64,000 bases of DNA from Hyphochytrium catenoides (Eukaryota; Protista; Hyphochytriomycota), in contig FLMG01001356.1 in assembly GCA_900088475.1 (NCBI GenBank), positions 1 to 64,000 on the forward strand, written 5' to 3'. Under the pieces are notes generated by a model. That model was not told where the DNA came from. It did no database searches and saw only the letters and a list, made by a program, of their open reading frames with translations. This document shows positions 49,931 through 62,376 of this stretch, piece by piece. Numbering within the stretch: the stretch's first letter is position 1; each line of letters opens with the position of its first letter. The position numbers and the translations under genes were made by a program.

Positions 49931-50749
49931 TCAATGCAGGCCTTGCAAAATTGGGGTCGCAGAAACTCCTTTTAAGCAGCTCTCTCCAGAAGACCTTCGA
50001 TTGATGTCAGAAGCTATTTCTTCTGCAGCCTCTTCAGCTAGAAGATAAGACTCAGCCAAGACTTCCTCTCTGGTTCGGTTGGCAGTGTTTGACATCAGAA
50101 CGAGCTTCAGATGATTAAATCCCACAACACCAAAAATATCAGTCAAGTACGGCACCATGTGATCTCGGCTTGGCCGCCGACCGGATCCTCCTGCACCAAG
50201 CACGAGGACTAATGGCTTTCCTGCATCTCCTAAAGGTTGGATACCATCGTCGCTGTCCTTGATAGTGAGGCCCGGCTGTATAACACAGTCTATGTACTGC
50301 TTGAGGACATACGGACAGGAAAAGTTCCAAATAGGTGATGCCACAAGCAGCACGTCGGCAGTTAGAAGCTGGCTCGCCATCCGCTGGACAGGCTGAAGGT
50401 TATCCTCGTCAGATGGAAGCCCTTTCCCAGCTAACCGTCTCATCTGACTGCCAACATGACTTAGGTTGAATTGCAGCAACTGTTCGTCCCAGAGATCTAC
50501 CTCGTCGACAGCGCAATTTGCTCTCCGAGATAAGAAAGAGTCAATAAATCGTTGAGCAGTAAGAGCTGTCAGAGATTGGGGTCCCGATGACGCATTAAGG
50601 TACAGGATTGATGAATGGCTGGATGGACTTGATGGGTTCGATGTTGACGCAGAAAGTGTCCTCCTTTGTCCTCTAGCAGCGTCCTGCATAATGTGACCTC
50701 GGCGGGAAGTGAGGTCATGGCAGCGGGGTCCTAGAAGTAATCGCTTCAT
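49931..50749 (-). CDS. azoR: FMN-dependent NADH:quinone oxidoreductase/azoreductase (AzoR/AcpD, Flavodoxin_2), intronless, with putative mitochondrial presequence
   Basis: ILYLNASSG..SLT, ADVLLVASPIWNFSCPYVLKQYIDCVIQPGLT; Arg-rich N-terminal extension ending RRTLS. Confidence 0.85.
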   Translation of the reverse strand: MKRLLLGPRCHDLTSRRGHIMQDAARGQRRTLSASTSNPSSPSSHSSILYLNASSGPQSLTALTAQRFIDSFLSRRANCAVDEVDLWDEQLLQFNLSHVGSQMRRLAGKGLPSDEDNLQPVQRMASQLLTADVLLVASPIWNFSCPYVLKQYIDCVIQPGLTIKDSDDGIQPLGDAGKPLVLVLGAGGSGRRPSRDHMVPYLTDIFGVVGFNHLKLVLMSNTANRTREEVLAESYLLAEEAAEEIASDINRRSSGESCLKGVSATPILQGLH

Positions 50750-51239
50750 TGCTATTGTACGTGGGCTTTCATGTCCTTTGCCGATTCCTGCATAGCTCCA
50801 GGAGAATCAAGTGTCCGAAGAAATGCTTCGTGGCCTGTCATGAAGAGAGGCCACTAGTCTTTAGCGCCAACAGTTCTGAATCTGGGAGGCCTGAAAAGGA
50901 GACTCGAAGTGCATCTGGTGGCTAGGTCTTCGCTCTTCCTTCGTCACTGCGCAAGGCGCCCCATGACTTGCTTCTTGCTTCTCATAACCTGAACAGTAAC
51001 TACATCTGCAGACTTCGCGATCAACAACTTTAGTTATCAGTTCCATTTAGGGTCCCACAAGCTGAACTCTTTTTTATTGGTATATGTACACCAGGGCACC
51101 CCTCTGACTAGAAGTATAAAGGGCAAGGCCACTTGTGTGGTCATCGCAATGGCGCGGCCTTTCTCGCGCTGGCGGTGGATGAATCGCGATCAAGAGATTT
51201 GTCCTGCATAATTTCTTATCTGCCGACAGCGCTGACTCG

Positions 51240-51700
51240 CGGAGTTGGATGATGTCGGTCTCGTGGTTGTCTCTTGTCATACTTTGTTCCGGCAGCTCTC
51301 CTCATTGCGATAGAAGCATTGGCTATCTGAGTTGTACACATTCGACTCTTGCTGTGATATTTTAGGGGCTTAGGGAGCATCTTTATTTGGATGGGAGCAT
51401 CTGGCTGGTTTGAATGATGTCGCTCTTGCTATCAGTGGTTTGGATCGTTTCAGGCTAAGAGTCGGGGAGCATCAGACTGCTGGGTTGGATGATGTGAGTT
51501 AGTCTCTTGCGATCACTAGTCTGGACCATCTCACTGAGATGGCAGTATCACTTTCACCGGTCAAATGATGTTTGCCTCCTTTTGAAAGTATGAAGCATCG
51601 TCACTGGGATGGAGAGATCTTCATTGCGATGGGGCCATCTTACTCGCTGGATGATATCGGCTTGTTTATTATTTGTACGAAGCATCTTCATTGGAATGGC
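51240..51700. repeat. Degenerate short direct repeats (core gttggatgatgtcg...tcttgc.atca.tggt.tgga)
   Basis: Related motifs near 51245, 51408, 51483 and 51646. Confidence 0.45.
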
Positions 51701-52260
51701 AGCAATTGACAGCAAAAAAAGGGAGCGACTTGAAATGTGGCTCTCCATAGCACCAATAGTGTGATAAGGAAAGATAATAGAAAATTTCTCTCAATCTATC
51801 GACCGCTGAAGCTGCTGTTGAAGATCCAGGGAATTGTGAAAGCCAATCTTAGGAGTCTGCTTTGCGGCGATTCGTGTTGACTCTTTGTTCTAGACTAAAA
51901 AGTGGTCAACCTGCCGTGGCCGGCCTGAGGTCCGTCATTTGTTAGCAAATGACCTTTCGGTCTTTGGCCGCCTTTTAGAGAACATTATTAGATTAGACAG
52001 AGCGGCCATAACGTGGGCAAATCGGCCATTATAGGTAAGGCACCTCCTACCCCGACATGTGAAGCTTGTAAACTTAGACTGCATCAGTCTCGGTAGAGAG
52101 GCGTGGGTTCTACAGCTTTATTGAGTAGGTATGTTACTGTCCTCCAACTATACTAAGCTCTATCCCTCGCTGTGCGATTAACAGTGCACAAGCAGCGAGC
52201 ACCACCGCCCATCAAGTCTGATGGATGGCTCATTGGAGGTTCGTCCTTGATGGATCTAGC

Positions 52261-55200
52261 TCAGTGGTTGGGATTGCGGATAAAAATTGAGCTCCTCTTC
52301 CCATCAGCTGGCAGCTCTTCCATGCTAAGGTTCACCATGGAGTCGAGCAGCACCCCGTCCACAGCATCCTCAGCACCTTCTTTAGAGGCCTCTGCAAAGT
52401 TGAACGTTAGGTCGAGAAGAGATGTATTAAAGAGTACTCTCATAGACAACAGGACTGCGGCGGATGAACCAACATGCAGGTTCCCCCAAGAGGGCGAAGA
52501 GTGACCAACTCGTTGATCAAAACAGGTGACACTGTGACTACCCTCCTAAAGGCTTTCGATACCCCTTGATAGTCCTCACCAGTCACTTTCTTGACGCATG
52601 CGAGGAGATGGTCCTGAAGGTTACGCGCTGAGGTCCCACTTCCAATGGCGAATAGAGGTGCCACTGGCACAACGTCATCTTCGTACTGTGAGGCCTGAGT
52701 GTGATCAAATTCCGCACCAGGACTGAAGAGGATCTGTGCCCTATAGCGCCATTCATCATCCTCCTGCAACAGCAGCATGGGGAATTTTGGAAGTTCACGT
52801 CAGAGCGGATAGGAAGCAGGAGGTCATTGAGGGATAAACTTTCAACGAAAGGAATATTGCGATGCTGTGGAGACCGTGACAGTGCCCTGATCACTTTACC
52901 GGTAGCGCGAGGTTCTCGAAGACTCTGATAACAATGTGAGTTAGGTAGCACATCTCTGGAGTGTCTTCAATGACGTCCAGCACCTCAGGCTCAACTAGGC
53001 GGTGCTTCCTTAGACAAACTGGTTGTTTGAAGAATAATGTTAAAATCACATTGGAAAAGGGGCAAACGAGTCGCTACGCTTTGTCCAGAGCCGTTTTGGC
53101 TCTCCCTTCCTTCCCTTTACAATCTGAAACCTTACTCTCTCGCTAAACGACGGATCCTCTTTCCACAACTATCAACCAGCTTCACTTACTATCAGAGATG
53201 CCCAAGTCTCCTGGTCCAGGAGGACATGGATATCGAAGAGAGTTCAGCAGGGTGTGCATGTGACTCTCGCTTGTGAAGTAAAGTCGGGTGCGAACCTATG
53301 AAGTCAAGGACAGTTAGCATCGTCCCAGCACCGTACGCCTAATAAATGCTCCAATTTGTATCTATGGTGACCTGAATGGCTAACTCTGACGCACTCTTCT
53401 ACCTAATCACCAACTGCAGCGCCTCTCTCTCACTGCCGCCTGAATGCTACCCTTAAAGGCTACTGTCTCCCACGGCCGCGTGCTTTCGAAATTACGATCC
53501 CGCTGCCACCTCACCTGTCTTTCTGGAGAGTTTATTAAAAGCTCCTTTGCATGTACAGGGTCAAGCTGATAGCCATGGTGTTCGACATAGTGATCTGCTT
53601 CTTCCTCGGCATCTCCGTCCTTGCTAGCCTTCTTTAGTGAGTCCTTTTTAGGCGCAGGGCCGCTATCCTTCTTGTTGCCCACCGTGTGCTGCAAGTCTGC
53701 CTCAATTTTACCTAATAGAGCCTGACAAACCTTATACCCAATAATCTGTTTTTCCGAGACAGCCAGTCCGTACTCCTAACAAACGTTCAAGGTTCATTAG
53801 CAGACTCCCGAATGTGCCTTAGCAGAACCCAAAGTGTTCCTGGTTGAAAAGAACCGCTGAAGAGCCTTTCGGTGAGAGGCCATCCAAAAACGGAACTCAT
53901 GAATCAAGCTCACAGCTCGAGCGCGGTTGTGATTGGGTAGGATATCGTCATTAAATGCCCCATTGCGAACTAAAACTCACCTGCGGAACGAGGCAGTCTG
54001 CAAACTTTTGGGCCAGAACATACATCTCTTCTGCGCCAGCTAGTTTCTGCAGGTCACGAGTCAATCACTCTCTTCACTCACTTTAAGGCGACGCCAGAGT
54101 ATGTCTGACTTACCAGCGTTGAGTTGTGGATGATATCGTACTTAATACAGTCATAGATGTCAGGGATTTTGCTCAGGTCGTATTTATCCCGCTGGCAAAG
54201 GGATATAGAGACCCAACGGGTGAGGACTGAACACTCATGGCTTCATGCCAACTAGAATAGGAAAAAGCCCAAGAAGGACCTCGAGGGAAAAAGGCACGAG
54301 GTGATATAGTGGAGTTTTGACGGTGCTCGACCAGCAAGACAGACGCAAACGAACAGAAATGTGAAATGAACATATCTCTACCTTCTTGTCATAGAAGTCC
54401 TTCATAAGCTTGTTCCATCGCTCAAACATAAATGTCAGAAGCTCTTTCCCGTAGAGTTCCACGGGGGCTTCTAGTAGTCCTCTGCGCTCCTGTTCCAACA
54501 ATGCCTATAGATATCTCTGGTCAGAGAGATCAGCCAAATCAGGGTGAGAAGATAGATCTTTACCCCTATCTGGCTCGTCATGTTCCCTACAAGCTCTCTA
54601 AGTCTTTCTAGAGCCTTTCTTGGATTTCCTACGGTTTCGCAAGGGCAATACTGTCAGCCAACCAGCATTATCGCCTCACTAGTGTTAGTCAAATGGGTCG
54701 TTTGTCAACTCCAAGGTTCAGGGCAAATAACCGAATGGCGCAAATGCATTTAAAGCTTGATGAAAGGCTTCCTTACCTAACTTTTCCAGGCTATCAATGA
54801 CTGAGATCGGCCCGTCAGGAGCTGCTATCCGCACCATCTCCTCGTCCACCTCTTGATCTAGCTGGAGTTCAGATAGAAGCAGGAAAGTTAGCAGGTACTT
54901 CAACTGGCTAGGGCGCGCGGCGGGCACATCCAGACCTGCAAGACATTGTGAAGTCTTTCCTTGACGCTCTCCATCTCCTTCCTTGCCTCCGTTTGCCCGC
55001 TGTGATCCAACATCTTATTGGCCGCTGGTGGAGGGGACGGCGTAAGCAGAGGCAAGAGATATGAAACCTTAGAGGCAATAGAATGGTTGTTGGCTATCCA
55101 TAAAATGGATAAAATGGAAATGGTACCAAGAAGAATGGAGCCTCAGTATCGTCACCCGAGAAGAAGAATGCTTGTCAGCTAGGTAAGGGCCAAAGTGCAT

Positions 55201-58200
55201 GAAGCGCTTACCCTTTCCGAGAGTGGTGACCAATGAGACTAAGATAGGAGTCAGATCTCCGTCAAGCTCCAGGAAGCCCTTTGCAAAACCAGCTGCAGTC
55301 ATTTGAACGCGGCCTTCATCTGAAGTGTAAATCTGCACCCAGAGACGTGACAGGTTAGGCTGATACACAAGAACGGTAGCAAGTCTCTTGGGACGCCCTT
55401 GGTTCATTATCTAACCCTCTACCTTGAGATCATGCCGGAAGGTGCTGTGAAGGCGTCGTAGTCCTTCCTGCAGGTTTAGGTTAAGGTCAAGGTCAGACTC
55501 ATAGACTGGCAGAATTGAGGTCATCTACGTAAGTGCAGACTGCGATTACAGTTGTCCAGTATATATGAGAAGCCCGAGACTTCACTAAAAACTTGGCCAA
55601 GCAACTGTTGAACCCACAGTGGCGTCCTTCTCCCTAATACTCCTTTTTTCTATAGCTGTGACCGAAGCGGAAGAAGAGTGCAGAATAGATTATGGCCCAT
55701 AAGCCTCACCTCATCCCCTGGATAGAGAACTTTACGGAAATAGTGTCCAAGTTCTTCTGCTTGTTTCTTCCCGGCCTGGGTCAGATCACCTCCCCACTTG
55801 CAAATGAGAAGGACCTTTTTGGCCACCTTCCGCTCAACCGGAGCTCCTTCTACTATTTCCGATACCACATCCCACTCCAGAGGTTTCAGCTGGACCTATA
55901 TCAACAGAAAGAGCGCTGTTAGGTCATAGAAATTTGCTCTTCACTAATGCATCTTTTTCCCGGTTCACAGGTTGTAACCCCTTTCAAAGGTAACTCATTC
56001 CTCTTCCCTCTCCTCAGATCCTAGGTGAACTTGCAACTTTCCGGATATTCATACAAGCAGGTATCAGTTCGTGGTGACATACTCTTCAAGACGGGTTAGT
56101 CCTTTCCCCCTTTCCTCTCCCTCTTAATCCTTCCATGATATACCTTGCGGTTGATGCCTTGGAACTTCCAGCGACTGAGGACGCACATCATTTGATACAG
56201 TTTATCAAGTCGATCGCCACCATTCTTTTCCCATCTAAGCGAGACGAAGACAGACATATTAGAAGTTCTGATGGATTAGAGGCTCTGGGAGAGATTCTCT
56301 CTGGCAAAAGAATGTAAACTGATCCGCTGGATAAAGTAGAAAGTTTTGGCAAGAAACTTACTCCTCTGTTTCGCCGGGTCTGTTCTCTGACACTCTATAT
56401 TCCACCACCAGCTTCCGGGTTAGGTTCAACAGCTCCTGCAGCTGACTTACAGCCTTCATCTTCACTTCCTCAGTCTCATCATTGGACCCATGACGACGGT
56501 AAAAGGCCAAAAATTCGTGATGCCAAACCTACGATTGAAGTTTAAGTGGACAAGCTATGCAAAAGTAGACACAATTGATTGACTCTTTCTGAGCTATAAG
56601 GGATCCCAAGGATATATCACTGAGAGACCATCAAAGTGAGTCATAGGCAGCGTGCATGTTATCATCTCTAAAAGACTTTCGGACCATTCGAAGGAATCCT
56701 CACAATAGTCAAGAGGTAATTCATTTAACGTGGCAGCACAGACAATTCCCACCTTCATCTTCAGTTTCTGCTTTGGAGTTCTGTCTCCATGCCGAATGAC
56801 TGCAATCACGCAGCGCAGTTCCTCATTCTTAACGTCCATTCCGCTCAGTTCCGCATCCTTGAAAGAATCATGGCCGTCCCGGCTGCTTTGTCGGGGGCTC
56901 GAAACAGGACTGGGGAAGAAGCATTGATTTGGGGATCCCCAGAGGAAGTTAGCCCTTTTGGCGTTCGATTACAGCGATCCGCAATATGGGATGGAAATGG
57001 AAGATAGCGTTGCACGAGCGAGGCGCAAGGGCTTCAGAATTTTAAGAGCGTGTGCACCACAAGGGTTGTCCATCATGCAAGTCTACAGGCTTCGATTCAC
57101 TACCTGTCCTTATCACTCTTCCACGATGTTCTTGCAAGATGGTTCTCTTCCAACGTTCGTTGCCGGTGGAGCATCAGCCGCGTGTACACCAGCCGCTGTG
57201 GCGCTAGGTGTCTCAACATATGCTCGCGAAGAATGTTGGCGCAGTCTGAAGGGAGTTATATAGGCACGTATGAAGGCGGCCATTTGGAGTACAATAGAAT
57301 TAGAAAGTCGGTAAGCCTCACAGTTGAGATCAAAGCATGAATGGACTGATAGATGATGCTTACCGTCGTAGTATTTCTTGGAGTTCTTCTCCAATCATCG
57401 GGTGGCAAGGAGGAGGAACACGGGATAGTTCGTGTCTTCATTAGGTACAGGAGTTGAGGGCTCAACGAGGGTGAAATTACCTTAACAAAGCTCCAACCAT
57501 TGACGTCGCATACATAGGACTTTCCTCTGACCCTTAAAAGGTCAAATCCACAGACCATTTGCTTGAAACCTAGCACAATCTGAGGGCGAGGACAGGAGTC
57601 GAGGTTAACGCCTCGCTTATTCTACTCTGCGCTTATTTCGGCCGACGCTCTTCCTACCTTTCGGGCAATCTCCTTCTCTTCAGCAGTCAGAATGACAGGA
57701 TACCGAACTTCTTTGCCGTGCACGTCTCTCATGACCTGTAGCCATAAAAACAACATGAGGAGGTTGCCCTTCTCTCAAGTAGCTCGGCACAACCTCGCAG
57801 GCCAGGAGGCCAGGAAGTAGCCATCGTAATAGGATAGATAGTTGATGCGACCAACACTTATTCACCTTGCCATCCAATACCGGGGACTTTCTTGCCTCGG
57901 CGTGAGCATAGTCCTTGCCGACAGTGTACACCTACAAACGAGACAGCGTTTTTAGCCTGATTCGAGGGAGATTGAAGCTTGCCACATTTCCTTACTTTGA
58001 CATCAGTTCCCTGCGTGTTGAGGAACTCCTCGTAGATGTAGGACCCTTCTCTCCTAACGTGACAGATGTCAGGGTAGAAATCGCTTGACTTGTCTCCGAC
58101 CTTCCGAAAAAGGCGCTTCGACCCACCTCCAGCGCTTGTGGGATAATAGATGTAGACCTGCACAGGAGCAAAAGCCATAAGTGTCTTCATCAGCTATTCC

Positions 58201-59824
58201 TATCAAGTTTCTGTCCCTCACCCCCAATCTGTCCAACTCTCTCTCGCTCTCTATTCCCTCTGTCGTCTCTCAGTCTCTCGGTCTCATGCGTCTGATGACG
58301 TGCATTGACTCCTCACATTATGATCTTCAGCGTCCAAAGGCTTTTCCACAAATGGCTTGTCAATCTTGACGCCATTGACCTGGTTGAAGAACTATGACTC
58401 AGTGGACTAAAGAGGTTATGAGAGTGAAGGAATAATAGAGAGAAAGCGACCTAAAAATCGGGAACATGGCGTGGGTAAAGATTAGAGCTGAAGAGTCTAG
58501 GGAGGTCCGTACAATCACGTAGTTGTCGTGCTCCTCTAGCGAGCCTCCGGCCCCGTCACTTCTATCAAGTATACCGTGTCGTGGTACAGCAATACCAAGG
58601 TCTTGCAGCTTCTTGTACACTGCCTTACGATTCAGTACTATCCACTTAACACGAGAAGGAGACAGCAGCCGCAGGACCACAAAGCTGAGTTAGCTCGAGT
58701 CGTTATGGATGGAAGGGTTGGAGCGATCATCCGGTACTGTTTGTGAGTAAAGAGGATCTATTCGCTCTCATACCTGGGTTTCCAGTTCGTTGAGCACCAA
58801 AGGCTTACGCAAGTAGACGTACTGCTGCGCCTAGGAAGAAGGCGATATAGGGTAGATGAAAGCAATGCGTGAGAGGGTCAGTGCAAGGTCACGCTATCCT
58901 CCTCCTGAACTCCGTAATACCATGTACCTTCTCTAAGGGAAAGTTTCCCGAATGAAACGAGATGAGACAGTCGCATAGTGGCCACTCCTGCAAGACCGAC
59001 AGTAGAGGTTAGAGAATAATAAGTAAACGTTGCGGTAGAGGGGTTCGGTGGAGAGAGGGGGATACGCGTCATCATAGGAATCTGGTGGCTCTGACCTCTA
59101 CCGGCCTATCTAGTATCATTTCGTCTCCGAAGTCAATAATGTTGAACTCCTCTTTGGGAAGACGTTTCATGATCTCCTGCATCGGCTTTGACTGGGCCTG
59201 CATCCGCACAAAAGAGTGAAGATAAGCCGTTGAACAAGTGACGCCTCCAAACGAAAAAGAAGGTACATTCAAGGAGTAGAAGATGGACGAACGAAGACGG
59301 CATCCGTCGCCAAGGATCAGCGAGGGGAGCGACTCAAAAGACAGGAGTGAATCCAACATCGACTCTAAAACTGATATAGGATCTATCAACAATCGCGGGC
59401 TGACCTTCTTACTAAGTGCGCAGATTCCGAGGGTTATTCTGTCATGCGGGGGAACCTTGGTGTAGATCTCAAAGTCCATTCCATCTAGAGGAGGGACAGC
59501 CGATAGGGTGCCTAAAACCCGATAATGCAAAAGAGAAATGGGAGTTGGCTTAGTGACCGTGTTAGAACCATCGGGGAAAGGACCACATGAAGCTGAGCAC
59601 TTAGATATCGATTTAGATACTTCAGAACAGGAAGAGAAGAACTCTGGGCGGGAACAAGCGGGAGTCGTACCAGCCAAACCATGGTGAGTGGGCGTCAGTT
59701 CTTCTGCTCGCCTGAGCAGGTACATTGAGCGCGTGCTCTCCATAGGTGATTGGAGGTTTGGCCTTTTGCTGTCGGTGCTGGAGCGCTCTCCCGTCGAACG
59801 ATAGCGCCGCATCGGGCTGTCCAT
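52261..59824 (-). CDS. VIP1: Inositol hexakisphosphate/diphosphoinositol-pentakisphosphate kinase (ATP-grasp kinase + histidine phosphatase domain)
   Basis: [134 protein letters not shown]. Confidence 0.96.
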
Positions 59825-60469
59825 ACGAGGCGCTGTGGTAAGGGCCAGAGCGGTAGCAGTGTAAGAAACAACACATATTTACATCGAACCAAGTTGCTAT
59901 GTCTCGCCTAAGGAAAGAGCAACCGCGCACAGCAAGCGACAGCGGTTCAGTTATTCGTGCTCCAATGTTACTACTCACAAAGGACGCCAAAGGCCTCTGC
60001 GCCTAGGCTGAGATTTCTATCTGAAAAGTCCCTCGAGCGAAGTGAATGAGGAGGCTGCAGCCTGTGCGGTGCAGCTGTGGGGAGCGAGAGCTTGTCTCCA
60101 GTGGAAAGGGACACGTCTCCTGGTGGATCACCCTCCATCGGACCTACAATAACTGTCCGCAAAGGGCAGGCACTAGTTTGAAGAACAGATAAGAGACGCA
60201 GGTATCCCTTGTCGAGTAATGTCGGTGCCAGAGGTGCGAGGTATCTTTCTTCTCTCTTCCCCTGTGGTTCCCTCGCGTAATCGCGTGTCCTCAGAGCGAG
60301 GGAATCTTCAAAAACACTGCTCTGTCTCTCCTGTCTCTCCCCTCCGCTCCATGTCTAGGCAGGTTGGAGCAGTCTGATGAGGGAGGAGGAGAATCATGGG
60401 GGCAGGAACAGGTATCTATCATCTCTTCACGGCCATCATTGGAACCGCCATCTCCATAGCACCTCCTGT

Positions 60470-61222
60470 GCTTCGCCTCTCTGTCTCTCTCTCTCTCTCT
60501 GTCTCTGTCTCTCTCTCTCTCTCTGTCTCTGTCTCTCTCGCTCTCTTATTCTGTAGCTGTTTCTCTCTCTGTCTCTTTTTCCTGCTCCTTTACCCTTCGT
60601 GTGTCTCTCACCCCGCCTCTCTCTCTCTCTCTGTCTCTCTCATATTTTCAAGCTGTTTATCTCTGTCTCTCTCTCCCTCTCTTTTACCCTCGGTGTGTAT
60701 CTCACTCTCTCTCTCTTCTCTCTCGCACACCCTCAACCCAAAACACTACAGTATGGCTTTTCTCCGTCATTCTCTCCCGCTGCGTTTATCTCTCCCTCTC
60801 TCTGTCTCTAACACCCTCACCCCTTTCTCTGCTGATACCCCGTAACCCCCAACAATGTGTACAAAGTCACTTGAGTTCGAACATTGGTCTAACAACGACT
60901 ACAGGCCAAACTGCGCTACTGTAGAACTACATGTAGGCGAGTCTTGAGGCTAAAGATATGCCCAGTAGCGGGGGGACGGAGTGATTGAAGTGCTGAATCA
61001 TGATGATGCCTTTATATTTACTGACGCTATGCAGCAATGGATTCAGCAGAAGCATTGAAAACGAAAAACGTGTAAGCCGCACTGATTGAAATAGGATGTC
61101 GGACCGCACTTATCGCGCTCTGGCAAGCTGTCTCTCTGGCGAGCGTCTCTCTCTCTCTCTCTCNNNNNNNNNNNNNNNNNNNNNNNNNNNNNNNNNNNNN
61201 NTCTCTTCTCTCTCTCTCTTTC
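60470..61222. repeat. CT-rich microsatellite region including an N gap (61164-61201)
   Basis: ctctctgtct tracts and an n run. Confidence 0.9.
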
Positions 61223-61330
61223 TTTGCCGCTTCTTCTTCTTGGGCACGTTTAGTAGTCAAGCAGAACATCTATGCTCGGCTTTCCACCAGCAGGGCCTTT
61301 CATGAAGAGAATGCTTTGCAAATTCTTGCT

Positions 61331-61590
61331 AGATCTTCTGTGGCTGAACGGACGCGATTGGGCTATTTACCGTCGTCAATCACTGGTGCTGTTGTTGTTG
61401 ATGACGCCGCTCCGCCTCCCGTCCCTTCTTCTTTTTCTCATCCCCCTCCTCCTCTTCATTCTTCTTCTTCTCTTCTTCCTTTTGTTGATGTTGACGGTAG
61501 TGTCACTGGAAGGAGTTCTCCTTATCATCTTTCGATCGCCTTAGTGTGATCGGGTGATGATTGATTGTAACTCCTCTCTTTATTTATATA
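61331..61590 (-). repeat. Dispersed repeat, element 1, copy C (inverted relative to A and B)
   Basis: ctttcgatcgccttagtgtgatcgggtgatgat is the exact reverse complement of the core of copy A; similarity extends about 250 bp. Confidence 0.9.
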
Positions 61591-62172
61591 AAAGAGCCTC
61601 GCCCAAGGAGTCCTTTGGTGGGGCTCAGCCCCGGTTGCGACCTTTGTCAACACAAATTGTGCTGCTCAGGCTAACCGTACTGTCGCTGTTGAGCGCGATG
61701 TCCACTTCTTTCGACACCTCCTCATCAGGCAAGTCTCGTTGGCCCTACATGAGGAAGCCGCTCGAATGGTTCTATTAAGGTTGGCTCCTTCTGCGCCCTT
61801 TCTTGCTGCTTTTCACTCTTCTTCTGCACCCTCTTCTTCTGCACCCTCTTCTTCTTTGTCTTCTCCTTCGTCTCTTCTGTTTTCTCACCATGTTACCACT
61901 GCCTCTGCTGCTATAAATTCTCCACCTACCTGCTGTCGCTCCTCCACCAGAGGAGAATCAAGGATTCTCTCTCGCGCGTATTATTGGTGAGGACGAAGAA
62001 TCCGCCGCTTCTTCTCCTCCGTCGGTATTCCCGCCGCCACACCCGCCGCCTCTATCTGAGGATCTTCCCCGGCCTCCCTTAGTGGCCGGGTGAGCTCCCT
62101 CATGCTTCTTCCCTTTTTTCTCCTCCCTGTCTTCTGCCCTACTACTTGTCTCTCTTGTTTCTCTTCGTTTGA

Positions 62173-62240
62173 GTAGTGCATAATATTTCATATCTCTCTT
62201 CCTCTTTAAACAGTAGTCTACTAGTCACTCCTTAATTTTC
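62173..62240 (-). repeat. Dispersed repeat, element 2, inverted copy
   Basis: Reverse complement gaaaattaaggagtgactagtagactactgtttaaagagg...tatgcactac matches 847-913. Confidence 0.65.
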
Positions 62241-62376
62241 AACACCGTCGAGCTCTTTTTTTTAGGAACTTATTGCTACTACTATCGCTACTAACAGACT
62301 AATTCTAGAAGAAGAAGAAAGAGAAGAAGAAGAATAAGAGAAGAAAAGCTAAGAAGCCTTAGGCTCTTCCATCATC

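Noticed and set aside
61325-61345. Helitron 3' end (CTAG at the end of repeat copy C)
   Set aside because: CTAG is missing in copy A, no GC-rich subterminal hairpin is visible, and CTAG is common here.
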